A stretch of 64,000 nucleotides of DNA from an uncultured Verrucomicrobiae bacterium (GCA_963769025.1 CAVYKI010000003.1:1120001-1184000); one strand, 5' to 3'. Numbered from the stretch's first letter, positions 32,382-44,968 are shown. Numbers and translations: made by a program. The notes: generated from the sequence alone by a model not told the origin.

Positions 32382-35300
32382 CTACTTTTCTGACACCCAC
32401 TGCACCGCGTTCTTCAGCAGCGTCTGATACGCCTGCAGGTCGTGCGCGCGGGCATCGTGGCCGAGCGTGAGGCCGACGATGCGCGCCTTCGGGTGCTTCA
32501 CCACGAAGACCTGCGGGAAAGCCTTCCCGGTTTTCGGGCTCGTCGCTTCGGCGAGCACTTCGATCGCGTTGCCCGCGGGGTCGGCGTTGTAGTTGTAGAG
32601 TTCGTCGGTGATCTCGAAACTCGCAGGCACGCCCTTCGTGATGGGGTGCGCGGCGTTCGTCACTTTCACCGTGAAAGGCCCGAGCGCGTCGTGGCCGCGC
32701 GTGCCGCCGCCGACGATTTGCAGATTCCACTCGGGGAAGTTTTTCCACGCGTACCACGTGCCGGGATGATGCGCGACGATCGCGCCGCCGCGATTGGCGT
32801 AGTCGATCAGCGCCTTCTTCGTCGCAGATGAAACGGGCTGGTTTGCGCTCCACACGAGCACGTCCACGCGCTCGAGGATCGCCGGGACGCCGTTCGCATT
32901 CTGCGTGAAGTCCACCCAGCCGCACATGCGGCGCGAGCGTGGCCTTGTCGGTGCCGCCGAAGAATTTCACGAAGTCGTGCGAGCTGCCGCCGCCCACGAG
33001 CAGCACGCGCGGGCCGTTCGCGGGCTTCGTCGCGGGCGGCTGCGGGACTGCGTCGTCGAACTGCGGCTTGAAGTCCGCGTCTTCATCCGCCTTCACGGCC
33101 GCGCCGCGCTCCGACGGCCGCCCTCCCGCTTTTCTTCGCAGGTGCAGGCGCAGGCGTCGGTACGGTCGGCAGCGGCGCATTCGCATCCGCCAGTTCCGCG
33201 GTGATCGCCACGAGCGTCGGCGCGGCGCTCGCTGCCGAACGACTCGAGCACGCACCTTCTCGATCGGCGCCGTGCGCGTGAGCTGCTTCGCTAAAGCAGC
33301 GCATCTGGTGGTTGTTCGACGAGCACGTCCACCCACTTCGAGCCCGGCACATCCGATGCGGTCGAAGTAGTCGGCAAACTCCGACGCCGTTCTTGCACAC
33401 GATGCTCTCCTTCTGCCCGTCGGCGTAGTACGCACGGTGATCTTCAGCACGTCGCTCGTGTCGCCGTTGTTCTGGAAGCCCCAGCCCGTCACGCCGCCGA
33501 GGAAATGCAGCCGGTTCGCCTTGAAGCCGCCGAGCTTCACCTCGACCTTCTGCGGCATCGTCTTCGCGCACGCCGTCGGGCCGCCCTTCAGCACGATGAT
33601 GTTCATCGGCGCCTTCTCCGGCGCGACGATGTTGAAGGGCACGCCCTCGACATTCACCGTGCCCGTCTTTTCGAAGACGAACGAGTCGCCCTTCGTCTCC
33701 GGCTTGGCGTAGAGGCCGAGCGCGGTCGTCGCGGTGAACGCGTCGCGCAGGTCGACGCGTGCGGAATTTCCCGCCATCGACGCTCTGCATGTAGGCGATG
33801 ATGTCGCGCAGCGCCTCGCCGCCGAGGCCCTCGAAGCCCTCGGGCATCAGCGAGCGGCCGGTGTTCACGCGGGTCTTGATGTCCTGCGACCTTGATCTCC
33901 TGCACGCCGGCGAGGCTCTTCAGCGTGATGGTCGCGGGATTTTCCGACGCGATGACTCCGGCATACGCCTGCCCGTCCTTCGTCTCGATGTTCCATGCGG
34001 TGAAAGTCGGATCGACTTCCGCGTTCGGGTCCACGATGGCGCTGAGCAGTTCGCCCGCGCCGTGCGCGCCCATGCCGGTGAGGCCGGGGCCGATGTCCAC
34101 GCCTGCGTCGCCGAACTTGTGGCAGATCGCGCACGTCGTCGTGAAGAGCCGCCTTGCCCTTCGCCGCGTCGCCGGGCTGCTCGACGGCGGCGCAGCAGCT
34201 TCGCGATGGCGTCCTTCTTCAGCTTCGCCATCGGGTTCAGCTCGTCGAGCATCTGCGTGGCGCGCTTGCTCACGGCGCGGTCGGGATGCGTGCGCAGGCG
34301 GCGGCGCTGGCGGGGCCGAGCGTCGTCACGTCGATCTGCTTCGACTGTCACCGCGTCGAGGAAGGCGAGCGCCCACTCGGGCCGCTTCAGCAGCGTGTCA
34401 AAGGCGACCGTCTGCGCGTCGGCGGAGAGCTTGCCGTAGGCCGACGGCGAGCGCGGTGCCGACGGAGGCGTCGCCGGTCTCGCCGAGCGCGGCGATGAGC
34501 TGGCGCTTGAACGCGCGCGCTGCCTTCGCGCGCGAGCTGGCCGATCACCGCGGGCAGGATTTCGCGCGTTCACGTGCGAAGGCCGATGAGGCTGTTCGCC
34601 GCGTCGATGCGCGCGTCGTCCGCGGCCTTCGTGTCGGCGAGCTGTGCGAGCAGCGCGCCGGTGAGCTTCGCGACCTCGCCCTTGAGCGCGCCGGCCTTGT
34701 CCCACTTCGCCGCGAGCGGCAGCGCGCTTCCGCTCGCGCCGCTGGCGAGGAGTTTGCCGAGCGCGGAGGAAAGTTCGGGCGTCATCGCGGGCGTCGGCCT
34801 TCAGCGAAGTGCCGAGCGTGTCGAGGATGCTGCGCTTGAGCGCATCGGCGCTCGCGGGCTTGGCGCGCGAGGGCGACGACGAGCTTCGCTGCGCTCTTCG
34901 CGCGGCTCGTGAGATTCTGCGCGAGCGCGCTGACGAGCGGCGCGAGCGAAGCGGCATCCGCGCTGTCGAGCGCCGCCGTGATGACCGCCGCCGGATTGCG
35001 CGAAGCCGCGCCGACCGCCGCGCTGCGCTGGAAGTCGTCGTCGAGCTTCGGCCACGCGGCGATGATGCGCGCGATGCTGTGCTGATGCTCTGCGCCGCTT
35101 CATGCGCGCGGTCGCACGATGCGCGCGCGAGGGCGCGCGACCGCGATCGGACCTGCAGCGTCCGGTCAGTCGGTCAACGCAGCGGTCTCCAGCGTGCTCG
35201 TTCGTGAGACATTCGCGTGATGCCATGCCCTCGCAGAACGAGTCGCGGCAGTTTCGGCGGACCAGCGCGGTGCGGCGAGTCCGCCAGGTCTTTGTCCGCG

Positions 35301-37690
35301 AGGACCGAGTCCATTGCAGCGATCAGCGCTCGGCTTCCCGCTGTGCGAGTCCGAAAGTGCGGCGATGCGTGATCGGCGACTGCGAGGATCGATCGCGAGC
35401 TTCGAGCTGCTGCTAGCCGAAGTCTGTCTCGGTGCTCCGCATATGTCGCGTCTGCCGCCGCATCGCGGCTTGAGTCGGTCTGGACGTTCCACGAGCGAGC
35501 CGCGCCGCAGTCATCCGCACCGCGCTGTTCGGATGCTCCAGCGCCTTCGACGAGTTCCTCGACGCCGGCCTTCGACAAATCCGGCACCGCGATCTTCTTC
35601 GCCTCCTTGTGATCGATCTTCCAGATGCGCCCGAAGTAGTGGTCGCGGTCGGGGCGCACGGCGGCGTTGACGTTGTTGTGGTCGGGGCCGCGCGTGTCGT
35701 TGTGGATCACGGCCTGGTTGTAGAAGTCGCCGACGTACATCGCGCCGTCGGGGCCGACGCGCGACCTCGATCGGGCCGCCACCACATGTCCTTGCTGCGC
35801 ACGAACTCCGTCTCCTCGCGGCCCGGCAGCTTGTGCGCGGTGTAGCTGCTGCCCTGCGGGCGTGAGGCGCTGGTGGTGCGATGATGTTGATCGTCGGCTC
35901 GGTGGTGAAGTAGTCGCCGTTGTATTCCGCGGGCCACGTGCCGCCGTCGTAGATCACGCAGCCCGCCGCCGCGGTGAAGTCGCCCACGCAATCGATCTGC
36001 ACGTAGGCGCAGCTGGTCGTAGGCGATGCGCCGGGAAGCTCTTCTGCGACGGCTCGATGACGTTGTGAAGCTCGTCGTGTTGCCGATCTTTCCGCGCGCC
36101 AGCGCGTACTCGGGCAGCACGGTCTGATGAGCAGCGTGCCGCTCGTCGGCTGCGTCCACATCACGCGGTTGTCGCCGGTGATGGTGAGGCCCCAGGTGTT
36201 GCCGCCCTTGAGCTCGAGTATTGCTCGATATGCGAGCCATCGGGCCGGAAGCGCACGACGCCGCTGCCGATGCGTGCCCTGCGTTTCGTGCCTTCGCCAT
36301 TCTTCACGTCGCTCGAGCCGCTGTAGCCGTGCGTGGCGTAGATCCAGCCGTCCCAGCCCCAGCGCGGGTTGTTGATCACCGCGTGCGTGTCGCCGGTGCC
36401 GAGGCCGGTGTAGAGCTTCTCGACCTTGTCGCGCCTTGCCGTCGCCGTCGGTGTCGCGGAGGAAAAGAATGTCCGGCGCCTGCGTGACGATGACGCCGTC
36501 CTGGTGGAAGACGAAGCCGGTGACGAGATCGAGGCCCTCGTAGAAGACCTCCTTCTTGTCCATCACGCCGTCGCCGTCGGTGTCGGTGAGGATGCTGATC
36601 TTGTCCTGCGCCTTGCGCTCCTGCACGCCGGGCGTCGGGTCGATGCCGCCGTGGTCCTTCCACTCCTTGCCGCGGTAGTCGGGCCGCATCCCGCGCCGGC
36701 CATTCGGATACTCCGGCGTCTCCGCGACCCAGAGCCGGCCCGCGGGGTCCCAGTCGAAATTCATCGGCTTGCGTGATGAGCGGCTCGGCGGCGACGAGCT
36801 TCATCGTGAAGTCGGGATGCACCTCGAGATTCGCGAGCGTGTCTGCCGGCTTCTGCGGGCCGCCCGTCGGGATACGTGAGCGCGTCGAGATTTCCTCCGG
36901 CTTGCACGTATTCATCGAGGTTCGCGCGCTTGCCCGCCCACGCGATGCCGCGCAGCAGGATCGGCGCGATATTGCGGCAGCTCGAAGGTCTCGAACGAGA
37001 TGCCCCGGGATGCTGACGAACGCGCGGTAGCTCGTCCTTTTCGTAGGCCCACATCTGCGGCTGGATGTCGTAGATGTGCACCTTCGCCGCCCTCGGCCGG
37101 CTTTTTGCCTTCCTTCACATTCGGCGTGTAGCTCGGCGGCGAGCACGCGCGCCTCGGGCTTGACGTCCATGTCGTAGTAAATCTCGTCGTCGAGATGGAA
37201 ATTCGACGCGCCCTGCGTGATCGGATGGCCGCCGCCGAGGTATTGATTCTCGGTGTAGTAGAGGTCCATCGGGCCTTCCTTCCACTTCGTCTTCTTCGGC
37301 ACCCACGCGCCGCCGATCGATGTCGCGCCACCAGCGCCGGATTCGTGAACGACACCGCCGCCGTGTGGATGACCACCAGCCCGCCGCCGCGCTTGATGAA
37401 ATTCGTCGATGCATCTTCTCCTGCTCGGGGGTAGCGTTCGCCGCCATCCTGCGCGTAGGCCACGATCACCTCGGTCTTCGCCGACCTGCTCCGCGGTCGG
37501 CCAGTCGTCGCGCCATCCACCTTCATGCCGCGCTCGGCGAGCAGCGTCTTCCACTCGGCGAGGAAGCGCGGATGCGCGTGGACTCTCCTGCCCGCGATTC
37601 TTTTCCCGCCGCGAATGAAGACTCGCAGCGGCTCGGCTTGGCTGGCGACGGACAAGGACGAAGAGGAGAGGAGAGGGCGAGGCGTTTCAT
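32382..37690 (-). CDS. PVC-type haem-binding CxxCH protein with N- and C-terminal ThuA domains (heavily frameshifted)
   Basis: ThuA (GGGLVVIH, FHLDDEIY); dehydrogenase propeller (MNFDWDPAGRLWVAE, DTDGDG); CAICH at 34119-34133; GPGLTG..AIVDPNAEV, SLMPEG; C-terminal ThuA (DELY, LTLGHD). Confidence 0.85.
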
Positions 37691-37871
37691 GGGATGTGAA
37701 GCTGGAGGGCGAGGAGTGGGCCGCGGCGCGGCAGGAGAAACCGCCACCATGCCCCGCGCCTTGGCCGGAGAACATCCCGAAAAACGCACGACGAGCTATC
37801 GCGGACGCACACGCGAGCCGCTGCGTGATTGACCGCACGGCGGTCCGGAATCCAGTCTGCCAAGGCACCCG

Positions 37872-38724
37872 ATGCCCAGGCAACGAGCCCAACTTTCCGA
37901 AACGCACCTCGTCGGTTCGGGAACGCGTGAGGTGGAAGGTGCGGGCGCAGGATTGTCCGCCGCTGGCGGGGCACCACATCGCGCACGTCGGCGTGGCGGA
38001 TGCGGCGGCGCCTTACGAGATGGTGCGGATGGATTTCAGCGGGACCTATCTGCTCTCGTGCTTTGCGGGCCGCGGGGAGCATCCTGCTCGATGGCCGCTG
38101 GCAGCAGTGCCGCGAAGGCTGGGCCTGCCTCGCACCGCCGCATGCCTTGCTGGCCTTTCGGGCGGTGGCGGGCTCGCGGTGGAAATTCACCTGGGTGCGC
38201 TACCAGCAGCCGCCGGAGCAGCGGCCGATCATCTCCTCGTCGTCACCGGCGCTGGCGCGATTCGATCCCGACGCCGATCCGCTGCGCGGTGGAGGGGCTC
38301 GCCGCCGAGATGAGAGTCGCAGGTCGCACCGATGGCCGTGACGCATTGGGTCGAGCTGATCCACACCTACGTCACTGCGCTTTGCGCGGCCCTGGCAGAC
38401 GCGACGACCGCCTCGGACATCTGTGGGAATACGTGGCCACCCGCCTCGGCGAGCCGTGGTAGTCTCGACCGCCTCGCGCAACGCTGCCACCTGAGCACGC
38501 GAGCATCTGCGGCGCCTTTGCCGCCGGGAACTGGGCCGCTCTCCGATGAATCAGGTGATCTATCTGCGCATGCAGCTCGCGGCGAAGCTGCTCGCGATGA
38601 CGACGACAAGGTCGAGACGATCGCTCGCGAGGTGGGCTACGAGAATCCGTTTGTCTTCTCGACCACCTTAAAAAAGTGGGTCGGGTGGCGTCCGAGCGAA
38701 TATCGGGCGCGGCACCGCCCGTAG
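37872..38724 (+). CDS. AraC-family transcriptional regulator (frameshifted)
   Basis: LDRLAQRCHLS; KVETIAREVGYENPFVFSTTLKKWVGWRPSEYR; start uncertain. Confidence 0.82.
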
Positions 38725-38773
38725 GAAAAGCGTGTCGATTACGGTATTCCTGTTTCCGCCGGCGCAGCGCGGC

Positions 38774-38941
38774 TGCCTTGCTTTTCCTTGAGGACGTAGG
38801 GCGGCTTTGCCCAGCCGTGCGGCGCGGGCGTGGGTGACCGGCGACCGGCAGCGGGAGGCGGGTGCGGCAATGATGCACCAGCGCGCCGACGAGCAGCGCG
38901 GTGAGGATGAAGACGACGAGTTTGATTTCGTCGCGCGTCAC
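38774..38941 (-). CDS. Small single-TM hypothetical protein
   Basis: GTG start overlapping the KTSC stop: MTRDEIKLVVFILTALLVGALVHH; end uncertain. Confidence 0.4.
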
Positions 38942-39282
38942 TTCTTGAGGGCGGGGGCTTTCACGCGTTCGCAGCGGAATTTGTCGCGGATGGCGGAGCC
39001 GAAAAAATGTCCCTTCGACTCCGGCGGCGAGCAGGCGCCGGTGGATTTCCTCCGGCACGCCGAGGTAGCGGTAAATGGCGCCGGAGTGAAATTCGATCTC
39101 CAGCAGCCGTTTTGCCGGATGATAGCCGACCGATGCGAGGACGGTGGATTGAACAGGCTGCCGTTCGATTTCGCCAGCCTCCGCGTGGAGCTGCAGCGCG
39201 AGCAGCGAGACAAGGATGACCCGAGAATCCGGCGAAGCCCTGCCGGCTCGTTCACTCCGCGAAAGCGCCACACGCTGTTCAT
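38938..39282 (-). CDS. KTSC domain protein (frameshifted)
   Basis: RQPVQSTVLASVGY...LLEIEFHSGAIYRY.GVP....RLLAA.SKG.FF...IR. Confidence 0.8.
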   Translation of the reverse strand: MNSVWRFRGVNEPAGLRRILGSSLSRCSRCSSTRRLAKSNGSLFNPPSSHRSAIIRQNGCWRSNFTPAPFTATSACRRKSTGACSPPESKGHFFGSAIRDKFRCERVKAPALKK

Positions 39283-39326
39283 GACTCCGATTCCTCCCGG
39301 GTGGCGCGCCCGACCGCGCCCGGCTG

Positions 39327-39758
39327 CTAGTTGTCGTCCAGTTCCCGATGTCGTCCTCGGTGCCGGGCTTCCCGTCGGGGCCGGCGCTGTACACGTCGAA
39401 GCTGTTCACGTTATGCTTTCCCGGCGAGTCGTAGAAGATACTCCCTGCCCCACGGGTCGAGTTCGATCTTGTCCTCGCGCTGGCTCCATTTGCGAGGGAT
39501 GGGTTCCGTGGTCGGCCTGACGACGAGCGCCGCGAGGCCCTGCTGCGAGGTAGGCGGCCGGCCGTTGGTGGCTTCGTAGAGCGCGAGATCGCCGGAGAGC
39601 TTGTTGATGTACATTTCCGCAGTTCCCCGCTTGGAGTCGTTCATCGCCGTCCGCACGTTCGGGAGCAGCACGGCCATCAGCGCGATGACGATGATGATGA
39701 CGAGCAGGATTTCGATGAGGGTGAAGCCGGCGCTGGAATTTCGTTGGAGGCGTTTCAT
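39327..39758 (-). CDS. gspG: Type II secretion major pseudopilin-like protein (frameshifted)
   Basis: AGFTLIEILLV prepilin site; PPTSQQGLAALV; DPWG..Y; FDVYSAGPDGKPGTEDDIGNW. Confidence 0.88.
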
Positions 39759-40793
39759 TGGCGGGCAGGGGTGAGGATGTAGTCGAAATGTTTCCAATTA
39801 TGCTTCAGTTGCAACTCGACATTGCGGACCGCCACGCTGCCGCCCTCCTCGGCGAGGCCGATGTTCACGCTGTTGAGCCCGGCGCGCAGGAGGTGGCCGG
39901 GGATGACGAACTGCGCGCGCACCCAGCCGGTGTATTGGAAGCGCATCGAGAGCCCGCCATTCCGCGACTCGCCGCGGAAGCCGGGGTCCGAAAGGTCCGG
40001 CCAGTGGATGCTGGCGACGCCGGCGTCGCCTTCGTTGGCGGAGACGACCGGCGGCGCGGCGAGGTCCGCATTCAGCACTTCAAAGGTGACCACCGCCGTG
40101 AGCGGCTGGCCGGCGAGCTGGAATTGCCACTGGGCGGCGCTTTCTCCGCTCGGCGAAAGGCGGACGATGTCGGTGTCCACGGTCGCCTTCACGCGGCCGA
40201 AGAGCTTCGTGTCCTGCTCGGAGGGCTGGGCCGCGGGCGAGATTGCCGAATGGGTCCTGCACTTCCGTCGCGGCCTGGAAGTCGAGCGTCTGCCGGGTGG
40301 TCACGTCCTTCAGCGAGGACGCGAGAACTCCGCGGATGCTGCTGCCGTCGCCGGGCACGTCGATGTCGACATAGTCCGCGCCCTCGAGCGGGACGACGAG
40401 GCTCTCGCTGGTCGGCAGTCCTGCGCCGACGCCGAGCGTTGCCGAACGGAAAAGTTCGCGTCCGCTTTCCGTCCACGCGGTGACGACGGGCTGCATGCCG
40501 GCGATGTCGTCGAAAAGCACGCGCAGCAAAATCTCGCGGTGCAGCGACGGCATGCGGCGGAGGCGGAGGCGGTACACCGTCATCGGCGGCTCGCCGTCCT
40601 TTGCCGCGACGGGTTCATTTTGAAAGGACTCGAACCAGATCGGCAGCGCGGGCTTTGCGGCGCCCGGCTTTGAGAGGAGATGCAGATCCAGCCAGACGGA
40701 GAAGGGCGTGGGCGGTTCGGCGAGCACCCCGGCTTCCTGCGCGGTGGCCATGGCGGCGGCGCATGCGAGTGCGAGGATGGGGCGGAGAAACAT
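39755..40793 (-). CDS. Exported hypothetical protein (one frameshift)
   Basis: Signal peptide MFLRPILALACAAAMATA; ATGA overlap with gspG. Confidence 0.7.
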
Positions 40794-40857
40794 GGGGCGG
40801 GACGTTACGGCACCGCCATCGATTGGCAAGCCCGGCGGGACGGCGGAGTCAGTTTCC

Positions 40858-41045
40858 GCGGGCGGAAAATGGGGCGTTCTGCGCGTTTGGCGTTTGAAGT
40901 TGAGCCGCCCGCAGGGCTTCGTCAAAGGAGCCGGTGGTTTGCATGACCGAGGTGCCCGCGGCAGGCCAAATTCCAGAGCCAAACGCTCAACTTTTCAGAG
41001 GAAGCCTGAGACGTCAACATGTCCTCTGCACCCAAGCAGTCCCGC
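40858..41045 (+). ncRNA. Candidate 6S RNA-like structured RNA
   Basis: About 188 nt; stems 40896-40905/40985-40994 and 40935-40942/40961-40968 flank an internal bubble; G-U pairs favour the + strand. Confidence 0.5.
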
Positions 41046-41096
41046 TTCAGGGTTTTCGCTCGACTCGGAATGCGGATGCAGGCATCACTCTCCGCG

Positions 41097-41607
41097 ATGA
41101 AATCCTTCCGCATTCTCGTTTCATTCACCGCGCTCGCGCTCGCGCCTGCTCCACCATCAGGAACCGGGCGGTGGCGGCGGAGGCGAGGAGGGCGACCACG
41201 TCTCGGGCACCGCGCTCGGGACTGCGTTGCCGGAGCGCACCGAGGGCGCGTCGTTTCTCGGATCGAATGTGGATCGCTCGCGATTTTCGCCGGTGCATTT
41301 TGCGTTCGACAGCTCTGCCATCGGCGCGGGCGAGCGCCGGAAGCTGCAGGCGGTCGCGGATTTTTGCCGCAGCGAACACAACAGCATCATCATCGCCGGC
41401 TTCACCGACGAGCGCGGGACGCCCGAATACAACCGCGGCCTCGGCGAACGTCGCGCGCTGACGGTGCGCGAGGAATTGATCCGCATGGGCGTCTCGGGCG
41501 GGAGGCTGCAGACCGTGAGCTTCGGTGCGGAGCTCCCCGCGGATGCGGGCTCGAGCGAGTCCGCCTGGGCAAAGAATCGCCGCGCGGAATTCGGCGTCGT
41601 CCGGTAG
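41097..41607 (+). CDS. OmpA/Pal peptidoglycan-binding lipoprotein (frameshifted)
   Basis: VHFAFDSS, GFTDERGTPEYNRGLGERRA, VSFG, KNRRAE. Confidence 0.88.
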
Positions 41608-41675
41608 GGCACGATCTGCGAGTGCGCCCAGGTTATTCTTCGGGTATGCGGGTTCTTCCGTCGAACGCTCCCCGC

Positions 41676-42715
41676 CTATTTTCCGAGCACCCAGCCAAGC
41701 CCGCGCACGAGCCGCTCGATGAGGTCGTCGTTGTGGTGGCCGGGTGATTCGTAAAATGTGACCGGCGATTTCCGCTCGCGCAGCACCTCGTGGATTTTTC
41801 GCGCGCCGATGTTCGCGCCGAATTCATCGTGCTCCGCGCCGTCGAGGTAGATGCGCTGCGCCGGCGCGAACGCGTCCGGCCGTTTCGCACGACCGTGAGC
41901 GGATCGAGATCGAGCCAGCGCTGCCACGCCTCGGCGCGGAATTTGCCGCGCCCGTCGTAGAGCCACTCAAAGCGGCCCGGCTTTCCGGCGACCGGCGCGT
42001 AATTTGCGCAAAGGCCCATCACCATGTGCGCGACGCCGTCGCCAGGGAGGCGCGCCTTTTGCCCGGAGGTCATCGCGCTTTCGAGTTCCGCCTGCGTCAC
42101 CGCGCGCACCGACGGCTGCGAGACGATGGGCTTGTGCGTCACTTCAAAATCGCTGTCCGGCGAGAGCGCCACGACGGCGGAAAATTGCGCCTGCTGCTAC
42201 ATCGCGAGCATCAGCGCGCCGTAGCCGCCGCTCGAATGCCCGGCGATGATCCGTGGAAACGCAGCGCCCTTCGCGAGCGGATACCGGGCGCTTCGACGGC
42301 CGGCGCGATTTCCTCCGCGACGTAATCCGCGTATCCCCGTGGCGCCGGAGTTCAGGTATTGGCTGCCGCCGTAGTGCGAGCGCCCATCCACCACCGCGAT
42401 CCGCACGGGAACCCCGGCGCGCGCCAGGCGATCCACCGCAAATGCGAGCCAGCCGCCGCGCCGCGCGATGATGTCTTCCGACGAACCGCCCCAGCCCGGC
42501 AGGTAGATCACCAGCGGCAGCCCCATGTCGCGTGTCGTTCCGTCCGGCACGAGCACCGCCACGCGGCGCGCAACCGGATCGCCGAGCGGATTGCCCTTCA
42601 GCTTCGCGCTGCTGACTTCCATGACTTCGAGCTGCGCGGCGGAAAGCAGGGCCGTGGAGCATGCGGCAAAAGCGGCGAGAATCAGAGCGTGCGCGAGGAG
42701 TCGTGGAGAGTTCAC
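41676..42715 (-). CDS. Exported putative esterase, alpha/beta hydrolase (frameshifted)
   Basis: LKGNPLGDP, IYLPG, GGSQYLNS, GHSSGGYGA nucleophile elbow, YLDG..DEF, GHH. Confidence 0.82.
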
Positions 42716-42892
42716 CCGCCACCCATTACAGAAGCGCCGCGGAAACGGAAAGCGCATCGATGAACGGCCCGCGGGTAGAATTCAGCGGCGCACATTCCCA
42801 CGGACGCCGCGATGGATCGCGGTCGCGCCCAAGCCGCGCTACGCGGTCATCCGCGGCGCGAACAGACCTTGGGCCGGATTGTCAGGCGTCGG

Positions 42893-44829
42893 CTACGCGA
42901 GGTGCAGGTCGGACGCTTCGAGGAAGCCTTCGAGCTGCCGGATGCGCGTCGGGTGGCGCATCTTGCGGAGGGCCTTCGCCTCGATCTGGCGGATGCGCTC
43001 GCGGGTGACCTTGAACTGGCTGCCGACTTCCTCGAGCGTGCGGCTGTAGCCGTCGACGAGGCCGAAGCGCAGCTCGAGCACCTGGCGTTCGCGCTCGGTG
43101 AGGGTGTCGAGCACGTCGTTGATCTTTTCCTTGAGCAGCGAGATCGCCGTCACGTCGCACGGATTCTCGGCGGACTTGTCCTCGATGAAGTCGCCGAAGC
43201 TCGTGTCGTCGCCGTCGCCGACGGGCGACTGGAGCGAGATGGGCTGCTGCGCCATCTTGAGCACCGCGCGGACGCGCTCGACGGGCAGATTCATTTCGTC
43301 GGCGATCTCTTCCGGCGTCGGCTCGCGGCCGTATTCCTGGACGAGCTGCTTCTGCACGCGCATCAGCTTGTTGATCGTCTCGATCATGTGGACCGGGATG
43401 CGGATGGTGCGCGCCTGGTCGGCGATGGAGCGCGTGATGGCCTGGCGGATCCACCACGTGGCGTAGGTGGAGAACTTGTAGCCGCGGCGGTACTCGAATT
43501 TCTCGACCGCCTTCATCAGGCCCATGTTGCCTTCCTGGATCAGGTCGAGGAACGACAGGCCGCGGTTCGTGTATTTCTTCGCGATGGAAATCACGAGGCG
43601 CAGGTTGGCCTCGACCATTTCCGTCTTCGCACGGAGGGCCTTCTTCAGCCACTTCCGCAGGTGTCCGAATTCCGCGGCAAAACCCTCGGCGCTCATCCAC
43701 ATCATCGCCTGCTGCTCCTTGAGCTTCCCGGCATAGTCCACCTTCGCCCCGCCGGCCGCACGCTGCTGGTGCTTCTTCGGCTTGTTCACCTCGTGCTCGA
43801 GCGCGTGAATGACGCGGTTCTTCTCCTCCGCGAGCGTCACGAAGTCCTCGGTGACCTTCTGCTTGTAGAAAAATTTCGGGAAAAACTTCTGCACCGCTGG
43901 TGCCGCTTCACGAAGTCCGCGTAGCTCTTGCTTCTTGTTCGTGCCGCCGTGCGCGAGGTAGTGTCTTGTACGTTCGCCGCGTTTGCTCGCCGCTTCGAGC
44001 TGCTTCATCAGGCGCGGCAGGCCTCTTCATGTAGCTGTCCCGGCTCTCGATTTTCTTGTCGAGGATGACGCGGTCGAAGCGCTCCTCGGCCGTCGATGAG
44101 CTTCTGGCCGAGCTCGAGGTAGCGCCGGACGAAACCGAACTGGTGCAGTGCTTCTGGACGTTCAGCTCCGCGTCCTCGATGCGCATCGAGATCTCGACTT
44201 CCTGCTCGCGGGTCAGCAGCGGCACCTGGCCCATCTGCTTCAGATACATCCGCACCGGGTCGTCGAGGATGTCGAGCTTCTCGGTCGGCTTCTCGGGTTC
44301 CTCGTCTTCCTTTTGCTCCTCGTCTTCGGGCCGACCTTGTAGCTGTCCACCTGCGCCGCATCGATGATGTCGATCTCCATCCCGCGGAGCCGGTTCATGA
44401 TCAGCTCCATCTCATCCGGGTCGCTCACGGACTCGGGCAGATGCTCGTTCAGGTCATCAAAAGTCAGGTAGCCCTGCTCCTTCGCGAGCTTGACGAGTTC
44501 GCGCAGCTTCTCGGCGCCTTCCTGCGTGTCGAGGATGCTCTGGCCCGGGCCGAGCTTCGGCTTCGCGGGGGTCTTCAAAAGTTCGGCGAGCTTCGAGCTG
44601 AGCTGGCCATTTTTCCCGGCGGAACGCTTCGACTGCTTCGACTCCTTCGCAGGCTTCTCCGCCTTCGGTTTTGCGGGGGCCTTGGTCTTTTTCGCCTTGG
44701 GCGCGGGCTTGGCTTTCTTCGCTGCCGGTCTTGCCGCTGGTGCCTTGGCCTTTTTCGTCCCGTTACTTCTCGGTGCTTCTTCGTGGCTTTGTCAGATTTG
44801 GAAACGGCTTTTTTGATTTTTTTCGGCAT
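42893..44829 (-). CDS. rpoD: Primary sigma factor RpoD (frameshifted)
   Basis: Region 1.1 ([16 protein letters not shown]), [45 protein letters not shown]. Confidence 0.96.
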
Positions 44830-44910
44830 ATCCACGAAGGAATTTTGATTACATTCTCGCCTTCAGCGCCCTCGGATAACCTCCGGAACCGCGACGGAAA
44901 AAGGCCGCGG

Positions 44911-44939
44911 AATATGGGGAGCACACCTTGCAACGTCAA
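44911..44939 (-). promoter_or_regulatory. Sigma-70-type promoter of rpoD
   Basis: Minus TTGACG-N17-CATATT. Confidence 0.6.
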
Positions 44940-44968
44940 GTGACTCCTTCCAGAATGTTTTCCGACCG

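Noticed and set aside
40858..41045. SRP RNA, RNase P RNA or cobalamin riboswitch as identity of the structured element
   Set aside because: Lacks the SRP GGAA/AGCAG core, the RNase P GAGGAAAGUCC motif and the B12-box
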